DNA from: Candidatus Kerfeldbacteria bacterium
GTDB taxonomy: Bacteria; Patescibacteriota; Patescibacteriia; SBBC01; CAIJZX01
DNA length: 64,000 nucleotides
Assembly: GCA_963731735.1 (NCBI GenBank)
Contig: CAVSWO010000002.1
Location: 270,106 to 334,105 of the forward strand
Direction: 5' to 3'
Below, one piece after another: positions 9,146 to 18,345 of this stretch. Under the pieces are notes generated by a model. That model saw only the letters and a list, made by a program, of their open reading frames with translations. It was not told the origin of the DNA and did no database searches. The number at the start of each line of letters is the position of its first letter. The first letter of the stretch is position 1. Made by a program: the position numbers and the translations under genes.

Positions 9146-10954
9146 ATGAGTCCCGAAGCTATCAAAATTCCATCCGCACTGAGTGTCCGCGACTTCGCGG
9201 CCAAGCTTGGTATTCCAGTTACGACGGTCACCGCTGAACTGATTCGTAACGGCATCATGAAGTCGTTGAATGAGGAAATTGATTTTGATACGGCACAGAT
9301 TATCGCCGAAGACCTCGGAAAAAATGTGGCGCTGGACGAGCAGGTGGCGGACGAGAGCGGCACGATGTCCGTCAACGATTATTTGAAAGATGACACGGCC
9401 AACGCCACAATTGAACGACCGCCGGTGGTGGTCGTGATGGGTCACGTCGACCACGGGAAAACGTCGCTGCTGGATGCGATTCGCAAGACCAGCGTCACCG
9501 AAGATGAAGCGGGCGGTATTACGCAGCATATCGGCGCCTACCAAGTTACTGAGCAAGATCGACTCATCACCTTCGTTGATACGCCCGGCCATGAAGCCTT
9601 CACGCAAATGCGCGCCCGCGGCGCGAAAATCGCCGACGTGGCGATTTTAGTCGTGGCTGCCGATGACGGCGTCAAGCCTCAAACCAAAGAAGCCTTACAG
9701 ATTATTCACCAGACCGGTATTCCGTACCTGATCGCCATCACCAAGACTGATAAGGATGAGGCCCAACCGGATCGCGTCAAGAAAGAATTGGCGGAAAATC
9801 AGGTTCAGATTGAGGAATTCGGCGGCAAAACGCCGGTGGTTGCCGTTTCCGCGAAAACGCAAGCCGGCATTCATGAATTGCTTGAATCAATTATCCTGTT
9901 GTCTGATATCAACCGGGAAGCCCTGCTGGTGAATCCGGATCGATCCGCCATCGGTACTATTATTGAATCGCACGTCGACCCAAAACAAGGGCCGGTCGCG
10001 TCCGTGCTTGTCCAGTCCGGTACGCTGCATGTCGGTGACGAAGTGATTGTCGGCCAAGTCTACGGAAAAATCCGTTCGCTCAAAACCGATCGCGGGACTT
10101 CGACAAAGTCTGCTCCGCCTTCGATGCCGGTCCAAATTCTTGGGCTCAAGGCCGCGCCGCAAGTTGGTGATGTCCTGCGCGTCTCGGCGGCCGACGTCAA
10201 GGAACTCAAGAAGAAAAGTAAGTCACGCCAAATGAGCCACCACTTACAGTCAGTGGTCGGCCAACGGGCGGTGGCCACGAAGAAAAAAACTACTGATGAC
10301 GGCCAGGAAGAAACGCCGGAAATTAAGAAGCACCTGATAATTCTGAAGACCGATACGGTTGGTTCGGCCGAAGCCATCATTGAATCACTCAAAAAAATTC
10401 AACACCCGGAAGTGTCGGTTGAAATCATGCAGCGCGGTCTTGGGATCGTAACGGAATCCGATGTCCTCCGAGCCGAGGGCGCCAAGGCCACCATTTACGC
10501 CTTCCATGTTCCGATTTCTCCCAAAGCCGATCACTTGGCCCGCAGTAAGAATTTGACCATCAAGCCGTTCACGGTTATCTACGACTTATTGGATGACATT
10601 AAGCAGGCTTTGAACACCTTGTTACCGCCGGTCACAGTCCAAACCGAAATTGGCCGATTGCAGGTCCTGGCCATTTTCCGGAATGAAAATACTTTTCAGG
10701 TGGTGGGCGGTAAGGTTACGAGCGGGGAAATTCGTTTGCAATCCAACGTCCAAATCCTTCGGAAAGGACAACCCGTCAGCACCGGCAGAATTACGCAACT
10801 GCAGCAGAACAAGCAGAACGCGCAAACGGTCAGCCAGGGCAACGAGTGCGGGATGAAAATTGAAGGTGACCCGGTCATCCAGGTTGGCGATGAAGTCGTG
10901 GCCAGCGTCAGTCAAACACACGAACGCACAATAGACGACCCTGTCAGTGAGTGA
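9146..10954 (+). CDS. infB: Translation initiation factor IF-2
   Basis: [38 protein letters not shown]. Confidence 0.98.
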   Translation: MSPEAIKIPSALSVRDFAAKLGIPVTTVTAELIRNGIMKSLNEEIDFDTAQIIAEDLGKNVALDEQVADESGTMSVNDYLKDDTANATIERPPVVVVMGHVDHGKTSLLDAIRKTSVTEDEAGGITQHIGAYQVTEQDRLITFVDTPGHEAFTQMRARGAKIADVAILVVAADDGVKPQTKEALQIIHQTGIPYLIAITKTDKDEAQPDRVKKELAENQVQIEEFGGKTPVVAVSAKTQAGIHELLESIILLSDINREALLVNPDRSAIGTIIESHVDPKQGPVASVLVQSGTLHVGDEVIVGQVYGKIRSLKTDRGTSTKSAPPSMPVQILGLKAAPQVGDVLRVSAADVKELKKKSKSRQMSHHLQSVVGQRAVATKKKTTDDGQEETPEIKKHLIILKTDTVGSAEAIIESLKKIQHPEVSVEIMQRGLGIVTESDVLRAEGAKATIYAFHVPISPKADHLARSKNLTIKPFTVIYDLLDDIKQALNTLLPPVTVQTEIGRLQVLAIFRNENTFQVVGGKVTSGEIRLQSNVQILRKGQPVSTGRITQLQQNKQNAQTVSQGNECGMKIEGDPVIQVGDEVVASVSQTHERTIDDPVSE

Positions 10955-11297
10955 ACGGCTCGAAAAACTGAACAGTTTGGTCCAACGCGAAGTGGCGGAA
11001 ATTCTCCGACGCGAACTTGAGTTTGATCGCGATACAATGGTAACGGTCGCCCGAGCGGCCGTGGCGACCGACGCCGAAAGCGCCAAGGTCTGGATTTCGG
11101 TCTTGCCCAGCGATGCCGGAGAGGCGGCCCTGGCTAAAATAAACGGACATATCGGCCAGATCCAGAGCCTGCTCAACCGCCGACTGGTAATGAAATTTGT
11201 GCCAAAACTGACTTTTTTCCTCGATCATCAACAAACTAAGGCCGAGCACGTTAGCCAAGTTCTGGATCAACTAACTGACGAAGATCTCGGGAATTAA
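10947..11297 (+). CDS. rbfA: Ribosome-binding factor A
   Basis: RLEKLNSLVQREVAEIL..AKVWISV..MKFVPKLTFFLD, directly after infB. Confidence 0.93.
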   Translation: MSERLEKLNSLVQREVAEILRRELEFDRDTMVTVARAAVATDAESAKVWISVLPSDAGEAALAKINGHIGQIQSLLNRRLVMKFVPKLTFFLDHQQTKAEHVSQVLDQLTDEDLGN

Positions 11298-11304
11298 TTG
11301 AGGT

Positions 11305-12126
11305 TTACAGCGGACTCCGAATGCTTTGGAGTTTCGGATTCGTCACTCGTGTGTACCGCTGGGTAGTCCGAATATTGTTATGTCCGAGCAGAACCTGCAC
11401 ATAGCGGATATCCACGCCGTTTTCGAGCAGGTGCGTCGCAAAGCTGTGTCGCAAGCTATGGAACGTGGCCGGTTTTTTGATATCCGCTTTGGCCAAGGCA
11501 TGTTCAAAAACTTTCTGGGCGGTTCGGGTCGTGAGCCTTCCACCCCAATCGCTGTGAAAAATAAAGTCTCCCTTATCTTTGCCGGAGACAAAACGCTTGA
11601 GCGCATCAATAAATTTATCAGGTAAAACACTGATCCGATCTTTTCGCCCTTTCGCCTGTTTCAGATGAATCGTTTTTTCGGCAAAATCCAGGTCTTGGAC
11701 TTTGAGGTTCACGACTTCGCTCACTCGTAATCCCGCGCCGTAGGCCAAGGCCAGGAGTAATTGGTGCTTCTGATTCTTGGTCTCGTCAAGCATTCGTCCA
11801 ATCTCTTCGCGCGATAAAACTATCGGCAGGCGCTGGCCACGCTTGGCGGTCTTTATTTCAAGCCGTGCCTCGTCCCGCACCACCTGGCGATAATAAAACT
11901 TTAGAGCACTTAAGCACAGATTCCGTGTTTGTGCCGACACGCCTTGCTGTTCCAACGACGCTAAAAATCGCCTGATCGTTTCCTCATTGATTGTGTCCGC
12001 ACGATTAGACACAAAAACGAAATACTCTCTTAAGAAGTGTAGGTAGATTTTCACGGTGCGGGGACTGTAGTTGCGTATACGAAGTTCGATCCCAGCCCGC
12101 TCCAATTCTGTTGTAATATTAAACAA
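11305..12126 (-). CDS. Integron-like tyrosine recombinase (N-terminal SAM-like domain, no IntI-specific insertion)
   Basis: RNYSPRTVKIY, YGAGLRVSE, KGRKDR, HSLRHSFATHLLE, LLGH, TQRYT; all catalytic residues present; divergent from the cassette array. Confidence 0.93.
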   Translation of the reverse strand: MFNITTELERAGIELRIRNYSPRTVKIYLHFLREYFVFVSNRADTINEETIRRFLASLEQQGVSAQTRNLCLSALKFYYRQVVRDEARLEIKTAKRGQRLPIVLSREEIGRMLDETKNQKHQLLLALAYGAGLRVSEVVNLKVQDLDFAEKTIHLKQAKGRKDRISVLPDKFIDALKRFVSGKDKGDFIFHSDWGGRLTTRTAQKVFEHALAKADIKKPATFHSLRHSFATHLLENGVDIRYVQVLLGHNNIRTTQRYTRVTNPKLQSIRSPL

Positions 12127-12190
12127 AACGGTGGCCCCTTTCCGCCACCAGCACTGTCTAATCCCAAACTAGCAAAAAGTCTTAAAATGA

Positions 12191-12245
12191 GCAATACTGG
12201 GGTTATTATCCGAACCAAGTTCGCATAATAACCAGTTGTACGAAA
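12191..12245 (+). other. attI-like primary recombination site, copy 1
   Basis: GGTTATTATCCGAAC-CAA-GTTCGCATAATAACC-A-GTTGTACG, 65 bp upstream of the integrase start; identical to 52137-52191. Confidence 0.8.
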
Positions 12246-12334
12246 ATTTGCCTCCCTATGTTGTAAGAAAAGCTAGGTCCGAGAGTATCGCTACTCCCGG
12301 ACCCATGTTATCGGAGATGATTCCTTGGAGCGCC

Positions 12335-12638
12335 CTAGACGAGAAGCTCGCTGGCCTGATCGCGGATCGTGTCCTCGATCTGACCCTTGAACATGCCCGC
12401 CAGCCAGGGGAGCTTGCCCGTGACAGTGACTTCTCGGTCACTCACGGTCAGCTGCCCCGAGACATCGAAGCCCATGGTACTGAAGCTGAACCTGGCACCG
12501 TTGTCATGCCAGCGCCTCCTCGAGGTTGCTGACCTGGTCACCATGGTCACGCTTGACGTTCGTCAGGAGCGTGCGAACTCGCTTGAGCGCTTCGGGCTTG
12601 CCGAGCCGATGAGGAATGGACACGCGAATGTCTGGCAT
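12335..12638 (-). pseudogene. Cassette 1: polyhydroxyalkanoic-acid-system-like protein (PHA_gran_rgn), frameshifted
   Basis: MPDIRVSIPHRLGKPEALKRV..DQVSNLEE joins RWHDNGARFSFSTMGFDVSGQL..KGQIEDTIR if one extra base near 12515 is removed; GGAGG RBS; TTGACA-17-TATCCT promoter at 12715-12687. Confidence 0.7.
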
Positions 12639-12780
12639 CGCTCTACCTCCGAAAGGAGCAGTCAATTCACCATGAATTGACAAAGCAGGATAGCATAAGG
12701 ATTAGTTCGTGTCAAGAATGTCGGGTAACATGGAGACAACCACGCTTTTCTTTTACATATGCGGCGGTCGGCAAATCATC

Positions 12781-12913
12781 GTACAACAGCGCGTAGGCGG
12801 CTCGGGTTTCTGTGGCCGCCCGAAGGCCATCCCCTAGAAACCGCTCGCCTAAGTTCGCCGGTGATGGTACGATTGTATCACCGACGAACTTCGCCTACGC
12901 GCAATCGTTGTGT
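12781..12913 (+). repeat. attC-like site 1
   Basis: GTACAAC-A-GCGCGTAGGCG...CGCCTACGCGC-AATC-GTTGTGT with two internal hairpins. Confidence 0.85.
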
Positions 12914-12965
12914 GAAATTTTTCCCGGGGCTACGGTATAGAATGATGCACTAAAGACCACCGTCA

Positions 12966-13922
12966 ATGAATACAATTTTAGACAGCGTTAAAGCGGTTAT
13001 TGTTAAATCAAAACACGTTAGAATAAATAAGGAGAGCCTCAAAGAGTTTTGTTTACAATTCAATGTAAACAAGAGCGTTCACTGGATGAATGGGTCTCCT
13101 TATAATTACTCAAAACTAGATGATCTGAAAAAACTGAATTATCTTTTTGTTTTCAATTCTATCAATTTCTGCTATTGGGGTACTCCAAAATGGACTGTAG
13201 AAAACAAGGGGAACAAATACGATGGTGCCTGGGCAATGATGGCGTCTTTAGGTAAAGCAATAGATGATAACATTCCCATTTTAGATGCGAAGTATCTTTC
13301 TACTTTAAGCGGAGACATTTTATCGAGAATTTTGCAGGGAAATGTTGCAATTCCCTTGTTCAAAGAGCGTCTACAAATACTGCATGAAAATGGAAATATA
13401 CTTGCAGAAAAATATAACGGGCAATTTTCGAAGTTATTACAAAAATCAAATCAAGACGCTTTACATATTTTAGAAATAATTACCACTGAATTCCCATCAT
13501 TTGATGATAGTGCGGAGTATGAAGGCCAAAAAGTGATGTTTCACAAGAGAGCTCAATTATTAATTGCTGATGTCTATAGAGCTTTTAACGGCAATGGATT
13601 CGGTGATATAAAGAACATTAACAATCTTTCTGCATTTGCCGATTACAAAATTCCACAAATCCTTAGAAAGCTAGGAGTTTTAGAATATACACCAGAATTA
13701 TCAGCAAAAATTGATAACAAGGTTCAAATTTCCCAAGGTAGCGATGAAGAGATTGAAATTCGCTCAAACATGATTTGGGCAGTTGAATTGATGAAAGAAG
13801 AATTGAAAACAAAAACTCCAAATATTACATCAATGGAAATTGATTCATATCTTTGGCTGTTAGGGCAAGACAAATCTCCTGATGATAAACCCTATCATTT
13901 AACTGAAACTATCTTTTATTAG
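12966..13922 (+). CDS. Cassette 2: queuosine salvage N-glycosylase (Qng1/DUF2419 family)
   Basis: NSINFCYW, FHKRAQL, FADYKIPQILRKLGVL, EIEIR, IDSYLW and C-terminal PYHLTETIFY. Confidence 0.88.
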   Translation: MNTILDSVKAVIVKSKHVRINKESLKEFCLQFNVNKSVHWMNGSPYNYSKLDDLKKLNYLFVFNSINFCYWGTPKWTVENKGNKYDGAWAMMASLGKAIDDNIPILDAKYLSTLSGDILSRILQGNVAIPLFKERLQILHENGNILAEKYNGQFSKLLQKSNQDALHILEIITTEFPSFDDSAEYEGQKVMFHKRAQLLIADVYRAFNGNGFGDIKNINNLSAFADYKIPQILRKLGVLEYTPELSAKIDNKVQISQGSDEEIEIRSNMIWAVELMKEELKTKTPNITSMEIDSYLWLLGQDKSPDDKPYHLTETIFY

Positions 13923-13941
13923 TGGCCCCGAGAAAAACTAC

Positions 13942-13998
13942 ACACAACAGCGCGTATACGATATGCTTCGCACGATCGTATACGCACAAACGTTAGGC
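13942..13998 (+). repeat. attC-like site 2 (short)
   Basis: ACACAAC-A-GCGCGTATACGAT...ATCGTATACGCAC-AAAC-GTTAGGC. Confidence 0.85.
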
Positions 13999-14030
13999 GC
14001 AACTGCCTATTAATTACTAAGGAAAAAACT

Positions 14031-14267
14031 ATGGCTAAACAATACGTTTGTACTAATTGTGGTTATACAGGAGCTCCAAAAAAGATTACCAAGGGAAGCA
14101 TTCTAATCGAGATTATCCTTTGGTTATTTTTGATAGTACCTGGGCTTATCTATTCTATCTGGAGATTAACCACAAAGTACGATGCTTGTCCCAAGTGCAA
14201 GAATCCAACAATGATCCCGGTTGATTCCCCAAAGGGACAAAAGTTAGTCGAGGAACACAAACAATAG
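14031..14267 (+). CDS. Cassette 3: small zinc-ribbon membrane protein
   Basis: CTNCG and CPKCK flank a hydrophobic hairpin IEIILWLFLIVPGLIYSIWR. Confidence 0.85.
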   Translation: MAKQYVCTNCGYTGAPKKITKGSILIEIILWLFLIVPGLIYSIWRLTTKYDACPKCKNPTMIPVDSPKGQKLVEEHKQ

Positions 14268-14275
14268 GCAGCAGC

Positions 14276-14612
14276 GCCTAACAGCGCGTATCTGAAATTA
14301 CCACCATGGAACTAAGTGATTTCATCAAACAGAGTGTTAGGGAAGTTATGAAAGGAATGTCGGAAGCCCAAACTAACACTCATAAGTTTGGGATTAACAA
14401 TGACAACGGAAATGGCATTGAGTTTGATATTGCCGTGACATCCGAGACATCAAAAACTGGTGGCGGCAAGGTATCTATATTAAAAGTAGTCGACATTGAT
14501 GGGAACATTAAGAAATCTGAGTCTCGGATTCATAGAATAAAATTCACACTTATCCCAAGAGGAAAAAGAAACCCAACAAGTTAATAACTTCAGATACGCG
14601 CAAACGTTGTAT
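14276..14612 (+). repeat. attC-like site 3, with a gene in its loop
   Basis: Left arm AAC-A-GCGCGTATCTGAAATTA pairs with right arm TAACTTCAGATACGCGC-AAAC-GTT about 285 bp downstream. Confidence 0.8.
14306..14584 (+). CDS. 92-aa protein resembling Trypco2-type domains, nested in attC3
   Basis: MELSDFIKQSVREV..IEFDIAVT..GGGKVSI..IHRIKFTL; family assignment from memory. Confidence 0.7.
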   Translation: MELSDFIKQSVREVMKGMSEAQTNTHKFGINNDNGNGIEFDIAVTSETSKTGGGKVSILKVVDIDGNIKKSESRIHRIKFTLIPRGKRNPTS

Positions 14613-14683
14613 GAAATATACTTTTCCTTTCCGCCTGACGGCTATCGCTTTTCCTACATGAGCAAATTTGATTTCGCCTAGAC

Positions 14684-15667
14684 ATGTCCATGCTACCAAA
14701 ATTTATACTATTCGGAACTGGAAATCCTGAAATCGAGGCGTCGATTCAGCCTGTACTTGGCCTTCGAGGATGGTCAAGTCTAAGTTCGAACGAAAAAGAA
14801 ATTGTTCGCCAACAGCTTGAAAATAGTGGTTGGCTTGGTGAATATTCTAGAGAAATTTTTCACACCATAGAACACCTAAATCATAAGTATTTACGGCTAC
14901 TGCCAGGTAAGCATCTTCACGCGATTGCGCCTAAAATTGATTATGGTCGTGGGTTTGGAAGCGGTGATGAATACGAAAGGATAAAAGCTGCTCTGATTGA
15001 TTTCCAACACATATTAGTACAAGAAAGGTCCGAGTCAGTTGTGTACTATATGCTTTCTTATTTTGCGAGTTTACACATTGACAATAATTACTATCAATGG
15101 GCGAAGCAAGCAAAAACCGCGAAAGAAAGGCGAGACAATCTGCAGAAAGCATTTGAAAAATTTGGCAGGCTTGCAAATTGTTTAAATCACATATTTGAAC
15201 AATTCTCAGTGAATGTAACCCTGACGAGAAATGGTCTTGTGCCAAGACAAGACGAAAAGATTACTGAGCTAATTTATGTGCCAACTTTGCAGATTCTTGC
15301 CGATCCCAAATGGGAAAATGTTAGTAAAGATTTAGGGGACATGTTTTCAGCCTATCGGGACGAGAATTACCCTGAAACAATTACTGCTGCCCATAGAGCA
15401 GTGCAACGCTTTTTGCAAATATTAGTTGGTGAAGAGGGTAAAAATGCTAAGGGAGAAGTTGGCAAATTGTTTAGTAAGGCAAAGACGGAAGGACTAATCC
15501 CAGTCAACCGATTTACCGAACCAATTATTTCAACGATCCAGGGGTTCATCGTTTCAGAGCGTTCAACAAAAAGCACAGCGAAACCGACGGTGTCTGATGC
15601 TGGGCCCACGGACGCACTGCTCGTCATGAATGTTGTAATGGTGCTTTTACAACATTGTTTGCAGTAA
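14684..15667 (+). CDS. Cassette 4: hypothetical protein with AbiJ/HEPN-like architecture (possible anti-phage role)
   Basis: 327-aa ORF; C-terminal helical domain PTLQIL..YRDENYPETITAAHRAVQRFLQIL resembles Abi_C/HEPN proteins; function tentative. Confidence 0.55.
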   Translation: MSMLPKFILFGTGNPEIEASIQPVLGLRGWSSLSSNEKEIVRQQLENSGWLGEYSREIFHTIEHLNHKYLRLLPGKHLHAIAPKIDYGRGFGSGDEYERIKAALIDFQHILVQERSESVVYYMLSYFASLHIDNNYYQWAKQAKTAKERRDNLQKAFEKFGRLANCLNHIFEQFSVNVTLTRNGLVPRQDEKITELIYVPTLQILADPKWENVSKDLGDMFSAYRDENYPETITAAHRAVQRFLQILVGEEGKNAKGEVGKLFSKAKTEGLIPVNRFTEPIISTIQGFIVSERSTKSTAKPTVSDAGPTDALLVMNVVMVLLQHCLQ

Positions 15668-15754
15668 GAATCGCAGTTGATTATCAATATCAAACATCAA
15701 ATTTGCTCATTCAAAAAAGCGTCTGATACAATCAGGAAAGGAAAAGTATAAATC

Positions 15755-16503
15755 ATACAACAGCGGATATGAGACGGAGGAAATCGGGTTTGGTTCTCTC
15801 CAACCAAAACAAAGAACCCCTGTCGCGTTCCGGAGAGGAACTGGGGTTCGTGCGGCGACACGGGGTCGCAATAAGGAGCACGGGTCTCAGTCGCTAGACC
15901 TGCACGGTCTGCAACGTGAGCCGGTGCCGCATGATCACCGCGCGGCGAGAAGGCGGGTCGGTGACACAGAAGATCACCTGGCCGTCTTCCTCGATCACGC
16001 TCTCCAGCTCCATGCCGTTGAGAGGCGCCGGGTAAGACACCCCCGCAGAGATCTGGTAGAGAATGCCAGCCGCCTTCGGCCGCTCGGGGAACGGGAACTT
16101 CCGTTCACCAACTTGCAGGAAGCGGCACTCGAACGTGACCGACCCGGAGTAGTCGGTGACCGACGGGTCATTGATGCCCTTAGGCTTGGTCACGTCGAAG
16201 GTGTGATGCTCTTCCACCACCTTCACGTCGACAGGAAGAGCGGCCCAGTTCTTGAGCGTCTCGATGATCGGGTTCATTTGGTACCTCCCCTGAGTGTGTG
16301 GTCGCGTCAGAAAGCCGTGGTCACACACCAAGAGAAGTACTCCAGTAGAATGAACAACGGAAAAGCATAGCACTGTTACGCCCAAATGTCAATACCAAAA
16401 CCAAACCCGATTTCCTCCGTCCAAATTGCTGCTTCGCCTCGGCGGTGGTAATATTGTACCGCCGGAACGAAGCAGCAACTTCTCATATCCGCAAACGTTG
16501 TCC
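15755..16503 (+). repeat. attC-like site 4 (749 bp), with an inverted gene in its loop
   Basis: AAC-A-GCGGATATGAGA...TCTCATATCCGC-AAAC-GTT; perfect inner 23-bp inverted repeat at 15773-15795 and 16399-16421. Confidence 0.8.
15894..16277 (-). CDS. 127-aa hypothetical protein nested in attC4
   Basis: GGAGG RBS before ATG 16277, strong GC3 codon bias, TTGACA-17-TATGCT promoter at 16392-16364. Confidence 0.75.
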   Translation of the reverse strand: MNPIIETLKNWAALPVDVKVVEEHHTFDVTKPKGINDPSVTDYSGSVTFECRFLQVGERKFPFPERPKAAGILYQISAGVSYPAPLNGMELESVIEEDGQVIFCVTDPPSRRAVIMRHRLTLQTVQV

Positions 16504-16590
16504 GACATACATTTTTATCCCCTTTCGTTCATTTCCCGCGCGGTTCTTTTGGGAGTATAATTAACTTGTTAACAATAACTAGGATTTTTT

Positions 16591-17352
16591 ATGCATAAAC
16601 GACAAGGTATTATTTGGGCTCCGGTCCTCATCATAATTGCAACGGTTGGGGTTGCTGGAATAGCGACTTACTTTTTAATACGTGCTGGCAATACCAATCC
16701 GTCCGAAAATGGCAACACGAATGTTGCGGTGGTAAATCAGGCGAACAACAACGCTACCGCAAACCTCAACACCAACGACGCTACAAACACGAACCAGGTA
16801 GTGAATAACAATGCCAGCGCGAACACGAATACAACAGTGAATACGAACACGGTGAGCAACACCAATGCCGCAATCGATCCCTATACCGGATGGGAAACAT
16901 TATTGAATGAGCCTTACGACGTGCAGTTCAGGTACCCAAACACCTACTTTGTCTCAAGTAATCATTACGGGGTCACGGACCCAGCCAAAGCCGAAGCGTT
17001 CTTTTTCCGAAAAACATCCACCAACTACAATGGTGTACCGACGCTGGATGTTTCGGCCAACCTTACGTTACCTGCTGGCCAGACCCTCAAACAGCTAGCT
17101 GAATCCATTTATAACAGTAATAAGGATAAAGACTACGTTACAACGGATCTGAGTGAAGTAACGTATGATGGAAATGCTGGTTACGCATTCGGGCTCAAAA
17201 CAGGCTATTCCGATCCGAATGGATATCAAGCACTCGATTCAGTTGGCGGACGAGTCGTAATTCTTCAGCACAACAGCAAAATCTTTCGGTTCTTGCAAAC
17301 AGGCGCTGATGCAACACTTGAAAGCATTCTGAACAGCATAGATTTTCAATAG
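16591..17352 (+). CDS. Cassette 5: membrane-anchored surface protein (prepilin-like N-terminus, Asn/Thr-rich linker, PsbP-like domain)
   Basis: KRQG|IIWAPVLIII, NTN repeats, GWETL..VQFRYP..ILNSIDF. Confidence 0.8.
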   Translation: MHKRQGIIWAPVLIIIATVGVAGIATYFLIRAGNTNPSENGNTNVAVVNQANNNATANLNTNDATNTNQVVNNNASANTNTTVNTNTVSNTNAAIDPYTGWETLLNEPYDVQFRYPNTYFVSSNHYGVTDPAKAEAFFFRKTSTNYNGVPTLDVSANLTLPAGQTLKQLAESIYNSNKDKDYVTTDLSEVTYDGNAGYAFGLKTGYSDPNGYQALDSVGGRVVILQHNSKIFRFLQTGADATLESILNSIDFQ

Positions 17353-17403
17353 CTATTGAGAGCCGCGCGGGAAATTCTCTTTAAGAGATAAAAATGTACG
17401 ATC

Positions 17404-17511
17404 GGACAACAGCGCGCATACGCCATCCTTCTCCCGCTTTGGCGCTACGGCTCCGCCGATATTCTAGCGCCACGCTCATTTCGGACGGCGTATGACGCGC
17501 AAACGTTGTCC
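17404..17511 (+). repeat. attC-like site 5
   Basis: GGACAAC-A-GCGCGCATACGCC...GGCGTATGACGCGC-AAAC-GTTGTCC. Confidence 0.85.
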
Positions 17512-17583
17512 GACATATATTTTTTGGAAATTTCCCGCGCGGCTCTTTGGGAGTATAATGGGAGTGTTTAATTATCACGGAAT

Positions 17584-18234
17584 ATGACAACACGCAAACG
17601 ACTGTTTTTGATCACTATCGGTACCATCTTGCTTGTTATTGTCGTTTGGGTAGCGCTTCCGTTCAATTGGGCAATCATGACGACAAGCAAGGTTACCGCA
17701 CCGGCCGGGGGCGATTTTACGCTATCTATGGTGACTCATGCGGATCAGAAAGAGTCGGACTGCATGCGAACAAAAAGCATCCGAATTGCCACTGATTCAG
17801 TGGAGGGTCAAATAATTAAAGTTTACAACACCAATTGGGATGTAATAGTTCAAGACTTGATACTTCCTACATTTGGGTCTCCAATCGAACGAATAACCCA
17901 GGTCAAACAAGAAATGTCGCAGAGAGCCGTCGGGATCATATCATACGACTCTTGGAATTATATTTCATCGATTTGGGACGGAGACACGCCCCAGCGTCTC
18001 GGCGATAGCTGGCTTGAGCCAATTACTGGTTTTACATGTTGGGTTGGCCAAGCGTCAGATCTCGCGTGGCTAAAACTTCCAAGCCGCCTAGACTCGTATT
18101 GGGAAGTATTTCCGTCTACCCCTCCCGGCACATACAAACTAACCGTGACGGATCCTTTTGGAAAACCTCATGCTCTTTCACTCACGGTCACGAAGCCAAT
18201 TTCTGATAATGACTACAAATGGTCAATAAAATAG
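17584..18234 (+). CDS. Cassette 6: membrane-anchored or secreted hypothetical protein
   Basis: N-terminal TM helix, 216-aa ORF filling the cassette, upstream TATAAT. Confidence 0.75.
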   Translation: MTTRKRLFLITIGTILLVIVVWVALPFNWAIMTTSKVTAPAGGDFTLSMVTHADQKESDCMRTKSIRIATDSVEGQIIKVYNTNWDVIVQDLILPTFGSPIERITQVKQEMSQRAVGIISYDSWNYISSIWDGDTPQRLGDSWLEPITGFTCWVGQASDLAWLKLPSRLDSYWEVFPSTPPGTYKLTVTDPFGKPHALSLTVTKPISDNDYKWSIK

Positions 18235-18271
18235 TTGCGCAGGAAGTTTTTTTGAACTACCATATACGGTC

Positions 18272-18328
18272 GGACAACAGCGCGTATGCGATATACTACG
18301 TACAATCGCATACGCGCAAACGTTGTAC
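18272..18328 (+). repeat. attC-like site 6 (short)
   Basis: GGACAAC-A-GCGCGTATGCGAT...ATCGCATACGCGC-AAAC-GTTGTAC. Confidence 0.85.
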
Positions 18329-18345
18329 GAAATGCTTTAACTAAT

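Noticed and set aside
11305-12126. Chromosomal XerC/XerD or prophage integrase
   Set aside because: No phage genes or flanking attL/attR are present; the position and orientation relative to the cassette array fit an integron-like role.
15924-16370. 148-aa plus-strand ORF inside attC4
   Set aside because: It is the shadow of the minus-strand gene, which has the RBS, promoter and codon bias.
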